The position numbers and the translations under genes are program-made. From Dicyema japonicum (taxonomy: Eukaryota; Animalia; Dicyemida): DNA of 64,000 nucleotides. Positions 41,190 to 52,844 of the stretch are shown piece by piece. The stretch covers positions 1,689,546-1,753,545 of the forward strand of contig RDEW01000003.1 in assembly GCA_011109175.1 (NCBI GenBank), given 5' to 3'. Under the pieces are notes generated by a model. That model worked only from the letters and a program-made list of their open reading frames with translations. It made no database searches and was not told where the DNA came from. Position 1 is the stretch's first letter. Each line of letters starts with the position of its first letter.

Positions 41190-43440
41190 CACTTTATTTA
41201 ACAAACAATAAAAAAGTTAATATATTTAATCAACAACCTTCCTCGCCTGCCTGTTCGCCAGCCTCCTCAGGCAGGTTCGATTCTGGTTGCTGAAACAACT
41301 CCGAGAGCGCCTTGTCGAATTGAACCCTCTGCCCATATGGCATCTCAAGGCTCTGCCTCCTATACTCCAGTGTCAGGCTCTCTAGGGTCCGCTTTAACAC
41401 AGTGGACTGTAGATAGGCCTGGAGCTTCCTATCTACCCCCAACTGCTTCAGATAACCCTTGTGGTACTTTGTTGCAATTCCTTCCCACGTCATTACTATA
41501 GGAATAACGATGACCTTGCAACCAAGCATCTGCCCCATTGCGTGTTAGTCGCAGACTTTGAATAATTCAAATCTAGTCCTATACTCTCAAAGAATTCCCT
41601 GGCACAGACCTCCATGGAGTAGAGCTCCTCGGCTGTTCGAGCATACATCTTCAGGTCATCGATAAAAATAAGGTGATTTGTACTGAAACAAACCCTTTCA
41701 CAATGAACTGGTATTTGCTCAAACCGGTCATTGAGGCGGCGACTCAATGGCTCCAAACAGAGAACAAAGAGTAGGGAGACATGCTATCTCCCTGAAGGAT
41801 CCCCCTCTTGAGTTTTACCTTGCCTATCCGGTGCCTATTATAGTTCAGATGAATACTCCACCTATTCATCACAGCCACTACAAAGCTGATGAACCACACA
41901 GGCATACACAGACTGTGTAGGCACTCGACAAGGTAAGAATGATCAACTGAACCGTAAGCCTTCTTCACATCCACCCACATAGACAAAAGTGAGTTTCCGT
42001 GAGACACAGAAAGGCATTTGTTGATCAAAGCCTGCTCTTTTGCCCCCTGACAATTTCGCACAGTACCCAACTGATTCTCGGAGAGAATCCCATTTGCTTC
42101 TACAAAGCTCCTGACCTCATTAGCCACCAATTTGGTCATCAGTTTATACAAGGTTGGGCATGCAATCTGCAGCAGACTGGAGGTTGTCCAGCTTTGGGAT
42201 CAAATAAGTTGTCTCTGTGCATGCCCAATCAGGAATCGTTTCCGGGTTAGTGATGCTTTTCTGTAATACACGACACATAGACTCGTGTAATGAAGTGCAT
42301 CTTTTGATAAAGAAATTATAAACTTTATCGAACACGGTCGTTTTCCAATCAAGAAGATGTCTCACTACCGCCTCAAATTTCTTGCGAAAATCAAAAATTC
42401 CGCCAAGAAAGGAGCGGCGTTGTACGGCACATTCCACGCATTTCCTCTGCGTGGTTTAGCCTCCCACATACTACCCCATGTGGAAAGCATTTCCGCGTCC
42501 TGCTGGGAACATACACTATGGCCATTTTCGAGTAGGCGACGGTAAAACAATCTGCGATTAAACTCAAACAGATTATTTTCTCTCCTTCTCTTACACCGAC
42601 TTTCATGTGTATAGAGTTTCCTCTTATACACTCTAACTCCACCTTTGCCCTCCTCAACTCTTTGAGGTCCCATTTGGGAACACAGGGAGTTTACTAATTA
42701 GCCCCTTTACTATAGCGGTGCTTTTCCTCTAACCCCTCTCGCCACACTACTTATGTGCCCCTCCAGTGCTTCCAGCTCAGTCTGTCCAAGCAATCTTGGC
42801 ACAGATCTGCTCCCTCCATTTACTGGGTGGTCTGGGCTTGTAAGTCAACTTTTCATTGGTGATCTGTGCTGCAAACAGCACTAGGGAGATGTCACCCAGT
42901 GACCCTACTGGCTTAGCCTCACCGCATAAGCCACAGCCTTATTGATACAGGTTAACACTCCGTTAACCTTACAATGAGGATCTTGCGGGTAAATCTACGG
43001 TCCTCAAGTGGGACATCTGCCGCTGCAGCGAGATTCCGGACGAAGTCTCATAAACATGCTTGAGCTGCAACGTATCACAGCTCTGGTGCTCGTCTCTTTG
43101 ACTTGTGGTCACCTGGTCCCCGCCCCTTTAGACCAGTACTCTTTGCCTACAGCCATCTTCTTGAGTTCACTCACAGATATAGCAGTACTGAATCTGCCAC
43201 TGCAGAGCTCCGCCAAGTATGGCAAACCATTCCAGGGCATTCGAGTAGCCTGCTACGTACCTGCAGGACTACCTGCCTCGCCCATTCTTTTGGGTCATCT
43301 GTCACAACGCTCTCGGATATGGCAAAATTACATTCATACCATCAGGTAACGCAAGTGACCCTTCTCCTTTTTTCCTTTCAACATTTTTGCCAACTCGAGA
43401 GAGTTTTAACGCCACCGAATCGAAAGCACGTTGCATGTTT
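41190..43440 (-). mobile_element. R4/Dong-like RLE non-LTR retrotransposon, internally deleted
   Basis: NQLGTVRNCQGAKEQALIN, WVDVKKAYGSV, GILQGDSMSP, HLIFIDDLKMYA, then directly the C-terminal IPIVMTWEG. Confidence 0.85.
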
Positions 43441-43525
43441 TTGGTGTTAAATAAATAATAATAAATATTTAAATTAAAGTTTTAAAAATAATTTAAAAAT
43501 TAATACAATAGTTAATTTGCGCGGT

Positions 43526-43914
43526 ATGTATAGTTATTCTGCTGAGCTTGACTTGTCTGATTATTTAACGTCAAAATTAAGAAAAAAACTCCCTAATTTG
43601 AGTCCTCTAACGACCATAACTGTATTGACCGACTTTAAAACTGTATTTGTCTATTTTGTATTGCAGAAACTATATAACCATGCGAAAGAATGGGTTGAGA
43701 AGCAGTCGGAAGAAGATGATGAGGGTATATCATAACATTACACGTTTGTATAGGTGAATGCAATTTAAATCAAATGATGTCTGTTTTATCAAAATGGAGT
43801 GATTCACACAAAACTCTAATTGACATTTCTACGGAAAAAACACCGAAAATCATGAAAATATACAATATGAAGCTAGACGAACAATTTGATAATATTTTCT
43901 CCAATTTTCATTAA
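43526..43914 (+). CDS. Small orphan protein (about 110 aa, 2 introns)
   Basis: Removing 24-nt and 29-nt GT-AG introns gives an open frame MYSYSAELDLSDYLTSKLRKK...LDEQFDNIFSNFH*. Confidence 0.55.
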
Positions 43915-44349
43915 TTTAATTAATCTGGTGCCAAATATATGTTAATTTCATTCATTTTTAGCTTCGAACACACATTTTCAAGGGAATTATTGATATTGAG
44001 AAATTTCCAATTCACTTATTCCTCCCACAGCACTCGTCCGAGTTTCTCCAAATTGGCTCTAACTCTGATTTTGATACATCAAATTTCCTGTTCCTGATGT
44101 CTCTTATCCCATTACGAAGGGGATTGTATTTACCTTGAAGAGATGAAGACACTAACTCATAGTGCAGAGAGCAACGTCACCAACTCAAGGGTTTAAGTTG
44201 TCTGTCTACTTATCTATAAGTTTATTTCCCCCTTTTTAATATTAATTTCACGAGTGAGGGGAAGGATGATTGTATTATATATTTTAATATGACCTATGCG
44301 AAATCTTTCAGACATAATCTGGTTGATTCATTGGTTAATCAATCAAGTC

Positions 44350-46830
44350 TTATAATTATGTCTATCCAATGCAAAGGTCAACCAACTCTGCAATAGGAAA
44401 ATTATCTGACTAAATTCTTATTATCTTAAAGACTCCCAATAAGTAATTGTGCCATGTTCATAACAATTTCGTTGATTATTCTTTTCAAGTCGACTTTTTT
44501 TCTTGCTTTCTCTCTTAAGTTGTCAAAGTCTTCTGTTTTTCCAAGTTTCTATCCGATATATTTCAGTTCCTATTTCAAAAATCGATGGTTGTGTAGCTCT
44601 TAGCCTTCCACGGAATGCTCCTCCGCATTGTGTGAAGTATGTCAATATTTGCAGGAGTATCTATTTCCATTCGCATTATACGGTCAAAAAGCCTCCATCT
44701 TGATTTCAAGATATCCATCGATAGTTCTGGAGATTTGCTACGGTTGTATAGATCCGAGTTCAAGATCTTTACTAAATATCGCCCCACGGAGCTGTAATCT
44801 ATGGAAGCTGTTTAGGTTCTGAGTTTCCTGTTTTGAGCCCGACTTTCCATGTCTTCTCCATAATTCGTCAGACCATTTCTCAGCACGGATAAAAGTTGAT
44901 AGTGAGAAGTGTGTCCATTCAAAACGGCCTCCAATTAATTTTTTCAGGTTTTGGATAAGTTCATCAATAAACATCACGAGATTTTAGCGAAACGACATCT
45001 TTAGGTAAAAAAGTCATTTTTTTTAACTCTTATAAAAATTGATTTTAAGGGGTTTTATGCGTAAGTGGAACATTTTATCAAGGTCCTCGACATTTTTAGG
45101 TAAAAAAGTCATCTTTTTTAAATCTTATAAAAATTGATTTTAACGGGTTTTATGGGTAAGTGGAACATTTTACCAAGGTCCTCCAAACCCTATGATTTTT
45201 AGATACTAAGTGACTCCAGAATAAAAATTAATTATATTTATTATAACTAAATTTAATGAGTTATTATCTCTTTTAATTTCTTTTATAATAAAACTTTTGA
45301 ATAATTTAATTAATCAATTGATTCACTATTGCATGCCGTTTCTCGTTAACCAAACATTTGGACACTAAACAAGACTCCAAGAAATTTTGTAAAGAAATTA
45401 ATAAAAGAAGAAGGCATAATGATAAAATTCTTAAGATTACAAAATGGAGAAAAAATTCTTAGAAAAACTAAATATATCGCTGTATCTGAAAATATCTTGA
45501 GAATTGTTTAAGAACAAATGTTACTTAAAATGGATCCGATATAAAATATATTCAAGTTAGTAGAATATGCATTCTACTAGCATTTATAATTTTCTTTTTT
45601 TCCTTTTGAAAAAAAATCTTTCATTTTAAAGTTAAATAAATATATTAAAAAAGATGACTTTTTTACCTAAAGATGTCGAGGACCTTGGTAAAATGTTCCA
45701 CATACCCATAGGACCCCTTAAAATCAATTTTTGTAAGATTTAAAAAAGATGACTTTTCACTTAAAAATGTCGAAGACCTTAGCAAAATGTACCACTTACC
45801 CATAGGACCCCTTAAAATCAATTTTTATAAGATTTAAAAAAGATGATTTTTTTACTTAAAGATGTCGAGGACCTTGCTAAAATATCTCGTGATGTTTATT
45901 GATGAACTTATCCAAAACCTGAGAAAATTAATTGGAGGCCATTTTGAAAGAGGCCATTTTGAATGGGAACCGTGAGAAGCCATATTCGGAATACTTTTGG
46001 AAACACGTTGTGAATATAGTTCAATGTATCGACTGTCAGTTACAAAGTCTAAATCATCGGCGTAAATTATCACGTAGTAATTATCTTCAAAGCAACAAAT
46101 AGAATTGGAGATAAAGAATCTCCTAGGGGTACCCTATGTAAAGTGTTAAAGAATTTTTTTGTTGATTTTCCAACTCTTACTGATAATGTTGTAATTTTTA
46201 GAAGCTGGTAAATAATCTTTATGTCGTACTGATGAGAGAAACTATTTGAAAAATTTAAAAGCATTTCTTTTTAGAGTGGATCAAAGACTCGTGACACATT
46301 CCAATGACTTGTATTGATCTTTTGTATTTCTGGTATAATGCATGGACCATCGATGTGGCCATGTTACATCTTCAGCCGACCTTCCTTCCCTGAACCCACT
46401 TTGACCAGGAAAAAGAAATCAATTCACTTTGTCTTTTATCAATTCAATTATGGATAAACTTTTTTGTAGAGTCGTTAGTAAAATTATAGGTCTCAGATAG
46501 CATAAAGTCCCTCTGGGCTTACCAGGTTTATGTAGTGGAATCAAATATCCTTTACCACTGTCAAGTGAATTGCCCTACTCAAATGAACGATTAATTATTT
46601 CAGCTAACTTTATTGGACCTAACTCAGTACTTCTGCGGAGATGTTGACAGGTACAGCGGATCGTTCGGAATTCAACTTTTTTTCTCAATTTCTGCACTTT
46701 TTTCACATCTTTTACAATCACGTGTTTTTGTAGTTTTTTTGTTAATTTTTGTAAACTTTATTTTTTTAAATCAATCAACAATGATCCCCGTCGGCATAAT
46801 CGAAGTTGCGTTGCCTTTCACGATTGCCAC
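44350..46830 (-). mobile_element. Degenerate RTE-like LINE split by a foldback element
   Basis: LRPIILLTTLQK, SGFREGRS, VPLGDSLSPILF, IYADDLDF, RWRLF. Confidence 0.75.
44910..45971. mobile_element. Foldback/MULE-like non-autonomous element with long inverted arms built from about 98-bp tandem units
   Basis: TSD GTGAGAAG (44902-44909, 45972-45979). Region 44910-45182 is the approximate reverse complement of 45645-45971. Confidence 0.85.
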
Positions 46831-46868
46831 ATGAAACTTAATAATCCGCAATCCGAAAGACATTTATT

Positions 46869-47094
46869 TATTTTTATTAACCTCGAAATCACGAGAAAGT
46901 GGATAAAAGTTATCGTCTAATTAAGTGATCCCCGTGTCCAAACCAGTCCTTTCCTGCAGATAGTTTTAAAGTCCTGAATTAATCTCCACAATGGGGAAGG
47001 TTTCTTCTCATGGGGATTGTAGGTCATTGAGAAACATGTTGGAGAGCATTGGTGATAACGGTGATCCTTGTGGAACTCCATTTGGAAGATATCG
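46869..47094 (-). mobile_element. Mini-LINE (short RT piece fused to a 3' end) inserted in a Tigger end fragment
   Basis: TSD CATTTATT. PNGVPQGSPLSP is joined to GGGATCACTTAATTAGACGATAACTT, the same 3' end as at 32330. Confidence 0.7.
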
Positions 47095-48397
47095 CATTTA
47101 TTAAAAATTTCGGATTCATTTAGTCGGTTTTTATTCTACATTTAAATTAATTTACATTTTAAATTTAAAATATACAGTGTCACGTGGTTAGAATCAGTAC
47201 GAATGATGTTGAAAATCTTATCAAAAGGGCTTGATGGAATCTGCATTTAAAGCACCTGGGAATACAAGGACTCAAAACAATCAACAAATTCTGTGTCCAT
47301 CAACAACTGTCGAATTCTTGCACTATGGAAAAAATCCAAAATAATCCCAATCCTGAAGCCTAAGAAATCCGGGATCTTTCAGATCAATTTCACTACTATC
47401 TGTAGTATCGAAAATTATTGAACGTTTTGTATTGAAACTAATATCAGAGTATCTTCCCTGATTTCTAACATGGTTTTTGTAATGCTCAACATCAACACAT
47501 ATCTCTACCCTAACTCAATATATCCCTGATGGTTTCAACAATTATAATCCTCCCAAATGGACTACCCTTGCATCGATTGACCTAACCAAGGCGTTTGATC
47601 GAACATCAAGGATGGTCCTAAGTAACAAAATTCTCGCATCTCAAATTCATCCACGTCTTCAGAATTGGCTAGCAAATTTCCTCTCTGTAAGTATTAGTCG
47701 AGCTGAAATTATGTCATGTCTATCTCATTACCGATTCCCTTCCAAATGGAGTTACCCAAGGCTCCGTTTTTGTCACCTACCTTATTCAACTTGCACCTAA
47801 GCGACATTAGAACCAATTCCTGATATTGTCTTTAAAGACAGACGTTAATGAAGCAACTAAGGATGTTCAGAACCACTTGAACACGTTTGAAGAGTGGCTT
47901 GGAGGCAAACCACCTATCCCCCTCTCCATCGAAATCCACCGTCACTTTATTCACTTCCAACCGCCTCCAACTAAATTTTCAACCAATTTTAACAATTCAT
48001 GAACAAACACTCCACGTTACGAAACATCCCAAAATACTTGGAGTTATTTATGACCAATACTAATCTTTCTCTAAACATGTGGAGAAACAATGTACAAAGG
48101 CCTATCGCAGGTCAACATACTTAAAGGTGTATCAGACCATTACTTCGGCCAAAGATTATATATAAACAATTCATTCTAACCACAATTAACTATGCAAGTC
48201 CTTACTGTTCAACCTCTACCTCCCTCACATCTATTGACAAACTACAAAAAATCCTAAACATCGCGCTCAGAATAATTACTGGATGTCTCAAATAAACCCC
48301 TTTTGATCATCTACATTGGGAATCAAAGATCCTTCCAATTGGAGACCATCTAAAAATTAGAGCCCTGCAGTTCCTCTCCTAAGCCTACAGTCTAGAC

Positions 48398-50301
48398 CAG
48401 AGGTTTCAAACACGCTGGCCACACGAGGCCTAAAAATAATCTCAAAAAAATAAATCTGCGGCCCAAAAATAGATTATGGTATTTATTTTGAATTAAAATA
48501 ATTTTGAGAGTCATGCTTTTTAGTTTGTTTTTTTTGTTCTGGAAAAATGTATGTACCTCAAAAAAGCATTTTTATTTTGGCTTTATAAATTTAAACAATA
48601 GAAGTCAGGTAGTTGCCGCCCTCACCGCGTGGCTGTTCCCTCTCAAAATTGCGAGCGAAATTCGCTCAAATAGCCAGCGGCGTTCGCGGAGATCTCCAGT
48701 GCATGAGGTGATCCGGTTTCCAAGACGTCCGAAAAACTCGAGTGTAGAGGGGAAGTAGGATCCGGAAGTCTCCATAGCAAGGGTAACAAATTTGACATCA
48801 TCGGGAAGGTCGACGTATTTAACGAGTTTGGCCTTCTCCGCCTTTACGGATGCTGAACAGGCCCTTGTTGCACTCTCGTGAAGATTTTTCTGGGCGAACG
48901 TGTCTGTACATGTCACATCCCAAACCAGTGGTCTCCCGGCCTCAAATGGAAATATGGTCATCCCGTCCGGTCGTTTCCCGTCACTTCTGCATAACCCGAC
49001 CGGTTCAAGAATGGCCGAGTATCCAGCAGCATCCATAGCTCGCCTGACAATTTCATTCAGAGCCTTGTGCCTTGGGGATCTGCCAGCGCTCTTCCTGCAG
49101 GAGAGAGGGTGCAGGCCATAGCAGTCTATCAGGATGCCACATCGGCACGGGTGAGGTACTCATACTTTTAGTCCCAGCCGCAGAGAGATACCAGTTCTAA
49201 CGCAGTCATCATCCAGAAAAGTGCCCAAAGCTCCATTGGGGATGGCGTTTAGCCAAGCTCCGCTCTCAGGAGAAGCCCCGAAAGCAAACAAGCGCGTCGG
49301 TGCTGATTGGCAGATTCTAGTAGGAGTCCAAATGATTTCCAGCATAATGAGTTGTCCAGGTTTCGCTGGCGATCTTGGGAAGGAGGCAGGGGGAGGTTGG
49401 TGGCATTCCAGGCTTCTCGTAAAGTAGAACTAGAAAACCGAACTTTTCAAGAAAATTGAAGTATTTATATTTTGTTAGAGTTTCAAAAAAAAGTTCAATG
49501 CACATCTGTAGATACAAGCGGAGTACGAAAAAAGCATAATATAAGAAGGCACTAGAATCATGTTCCTGAGCTCTCTGAACCAACTTTTATAACAAATCTA
49601 AAATTACTCACAGATCACTTAATGCCAGTTTTCATGGTCCGAAACAGATTATTACGGTGATGTATGAATCCTTATATCCTTCAAATGCAAACTTTCATTA
49701 TGTACAAAGCAGTTTGCCAATGATAATAGTGCGCACTTTCCAACGCGGCAGTCTTTAGGAAATAAGCAGAGCTTAAAAAATTATACAGATTGGAGTAATA
49801 TAAAAAATTTTGACGAACGTTTTCGATTTTTTGATATTACATTTTTTACGACTCCAATGTCAATGTTGAACTCATTGTTAAAGAATTTCAAATGGAGATA
49901 GTGGAACTTCAAAATGACACCCCATTAAAAGTAAAACACGAAGTTGGAATTGTAGAATTATATAAAATTTTCCATGTAAAAGATTTCCTCAACTACTCTT
50001 TACGAATCTATGCAATGTTTGGCAGTACTTACGTATGCGAACAATTTTTTCAATAATGAAAAAAATCCTCTTTCAGATCAAGACTAACGGATTAACATTT
50101 ACAGTCTGTATTAAGGCTGAACACTTTAAAAGGACATAATCTGTAGACAGACATTGAATCATTGCCTTCCAAGAGGCGTTGTCAAAAATCGTGGAATATT
50201 AATCTTTTGTAAATTTAAAAGTTAAAACATTATTAATCTCAAAAAATGGCTCAAAAAATTACGGATAATCAAATAGCCCATGCATTGATTTGAGATCCCT
50301 G
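48398..50301 (+). mobile_element. hAT (Charlie/SPIN/GTF2IRD2-like) transposon remnant
   Basis: TIRs CAGAGGTTTCAAA / TTTGAGATCCCTG; 8-bp TSD GTCTAGAC/GCCTAGAC with central TA; motifs QMEIVELQ, MFGSTYVCEQFF and RSRLTD. Confidence 0.88.
48604..49420 (-). mobile_element. CRE-like RLE retrotransposon 3' fragment nested in the hAT
   Basis: SGAWLNAIP, DGKRPDGMTIFPF, LVWDVTCTDT, LAMETSG, LAILRGN. Confidence 0.9.
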
Positions 50302-50779
50302 GCCTAGACCAACCCTGCCACTCTACGCAAATCCCAAAACAAAAAAAATATTATGACAACCAGTGACCTGTTCCCATTGCTATCATCCATTCTTTCCATC
50401 CCCAATGACAGGAGTCGTCTGAAACAGATACACGATTTTGTTTCTACAAAAAACATCCGAGGAATCGAAGATAATAAAATACTATACCGGCCTCCTCCTC
50501 CAATAGACCAATCAGAATCCTCTTTTCCGAGGGACGTCCGTGTATACCTGGCTCGTCTACGATGTGGGCACCATCCTCTCTACATGACGTACGATGTCCT
50601 CTTTTTTTTGTAACCTCTACATGTTAACAACAAATCAAATATTTGAATGCCATGAATTAGCATACCGTTCGTCTACAATGCAGGGACTGACCGACATCTG
50701 TTGCGTCCTATTTGATAGCTGCTACAAGCTAGTGAGGCCGAGATTGCTTAACTAACTAACATGGTTAGAGAGAGGATGA

Positions 50780-51280
50780 ATCAAGAATGCCACTGTACCA
50801 TAATGATGGTCTTCCGTAAATTCAAAAAATTCATTTTCCAAATCTATGTCTTCCATATAATCCAAAATAGCCTCTTTCTATAATAATGCTTAAAGTTATG
50901 ATTATGCCTGAATCCATTCGTTGATGATAAGCAGTTGTGTTGTTCGAAGGAATAAATTTTCAAATTTCAAAAAATTTAATTAAAACGTGGAGAATTTTCA
51001 ACCATTAAAGAACTTTTTCCATAACATTCTAATTCATCACTAAGATGATGAAAACATTAAAAAGTTCCCTTTTTATTTTCACTGTGCAATATTTTAAAAA
51101 ATCATAATCTTTCAAACATCTTGGTTATTTACTCTTCCCAATAACAAATGGTTTAATTTTTATTGTTCCAGTGCATTAACACAAAGAGCTATAGTGAAGA
51201 GTTCCATCAAAACCAGGGAATTACTAGTTGACTATTTTAAGAATGCCCCCTAAGCAATCTCTAAAATCACTCAACCGTGT
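50780..51280 (-). mobile_element. Tigger DDE remnant
   Basis: KPFVIGKS..PRCLK and a FIPS..TT...MDSGII-like motif. Confidence 0.6.
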
Positions 51281-51351
51281 CCAGTATGAGCAAAAAATAC
51301 AAAAATTATTATTCACTTTAAAAAATAATTAAAGTGAGAACAGGAGACATT

Positions 51352-52712
51352 TTATGGTTGAAAAAGGACCTCATCATTAGTCTCCCCTAAAATAGAATTG
51401 TAAGAACATGCTAAATGAGGCTACAACATTATACAATTATTCTTGACGAAATGTCCCGGGAGAACAACACAACTCAATATACGGGAATCATCAGCAATAA
51501 TAGCTCCCTCAGAAACAATACTGTTTTCAATTCGACAACTCAACTAAGTCACATATATACTTTGATCCAAAACGGACTCCACCACCAATGATGCTATCAT
51601 TCACAACATTATTATCTTCAAGGACACAATCATCGCTCATTACAGTGTTACTGATCTCTTTAATCACCGAGCAATTCTCACCAACAATATAATTTCTACA
51701 ACATTCAGCTAACATTATACCTTGACGACTTCCTAAGAGCATATCTATGGGCTTCAATATAATTATACACATTTGAGACTCGCATGCACACAGGCGTGTC
51801 GAGAGTCAGGACACGTACCATATTAGCCACGTTAGAGATGCTACTTTTTTCAAACTCTTCTCCCGTAAAATAATCGAGAGCCTGTGGTATCAAGTCTGTC
51901 TTAATGTCGAATAAATTGCTGTTATAAAGGGAAACAAAAACCTGAACTTTCGAGTTAGATCAAAAAATGGGACCGAGAATATGTAGACTTCAGGGTCAAT
52001 ATGGGAACACGAAGTGACAAAATTCTGAAACCTGGGGATCACATGATATGGGCACACCTGGTGAACTGATGATGTTTAAGCTCAGTCTTGTCTTCGATAG
52101 CCTGCTTCAGAGAACAGGTCATAATCAACTTTTCATAGTCAAATAAATCGAAACAGAACACCTCCACGTCCGGTTTTTTGAAAGCATGGGAAGCAGGTAT
52201 CACTGTTTTGTCATAATCAACTCTCTGGACTCTGACCATTGTAATCAAGGGGTTATGTATCGAATGATCCATAACCACATCAGCGATCCTTATGTCGCCA
52301 AACAAGTCGCAGGGGATAACCATGATTTGATAGGAAGAAAAAAGAGAGTGAAGCGTGAGTAGTACATTCACTGAAAAATCTTCACCACTAGGAACGGAAA
52401 TAAATTCAAATATAGTGCTCGAAAAATTGGAGTTCAAATGATCAGATAACCTCTGCTTCTCAGTCTCAAAGCAGGCTATAAAAATTTCTAGGCATTGAAA
52501 TCAACGTGAAACTTTTGAATTTTGCATCAATAAGGGCTTTAACTGGGTAGTGAATTATTGGCTGGTTTACAACTTTTAAAAGGGCGTGGGGGTTCTTATT
52601 ATTTATAGACGTTAACTCATTTTCCGTTGAAAGAGCCAAAATCACAGGTTTTATCTGTTTAAACGAAACTTAAATTAGTGAAATAACAACATTGAGAATT
52701 CACATGAAGCAT
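51352..52712 (-). CDS. EIF2B3: Translation initiation factor eIF2B gamma subunit
   Basis: Spliced N-terminus IKPVILALS...PHALLKVVNQPIIHYPVKAL (nucleotidyl-transferase-like), VIPCDLF, DPEVYIF, IKTDLIP, CMRVSNVYNYIEAHR, and C-terminal hexapeptide repeats. Introns are 22-25 nt. Confidence 0.8.
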
Positions 52713-52844
52713 GTGCAATTAATTTATTTTTATTAAAATATATTAATTGATTTTTTAATAAAAATGGTTTAACGCAAAAACTATTAATTACCTCACAAGT
52801 ACATAAATTTCATTATATGGCACCTTTTAATTTTTAATGCCAAC

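Larger units (their letters stand above)
47195..50760 (+). mobile_element. Vingi-like LINE (RT to 3' end) split by a hAT element
   Basis: IDLTKAFD, PKILGVIYD, LARLRCGHHP, and a 3' (CTAA)n tail. Confidence 0.85.

Noticed and set aside
44994-45880. CRISPR-like array
   Set aside because: The roughly 98-bp units are contiguous tandem repeats without unique spacers, lie in inverted arms of a TSD-flanked element, and the context is eukaryotic.
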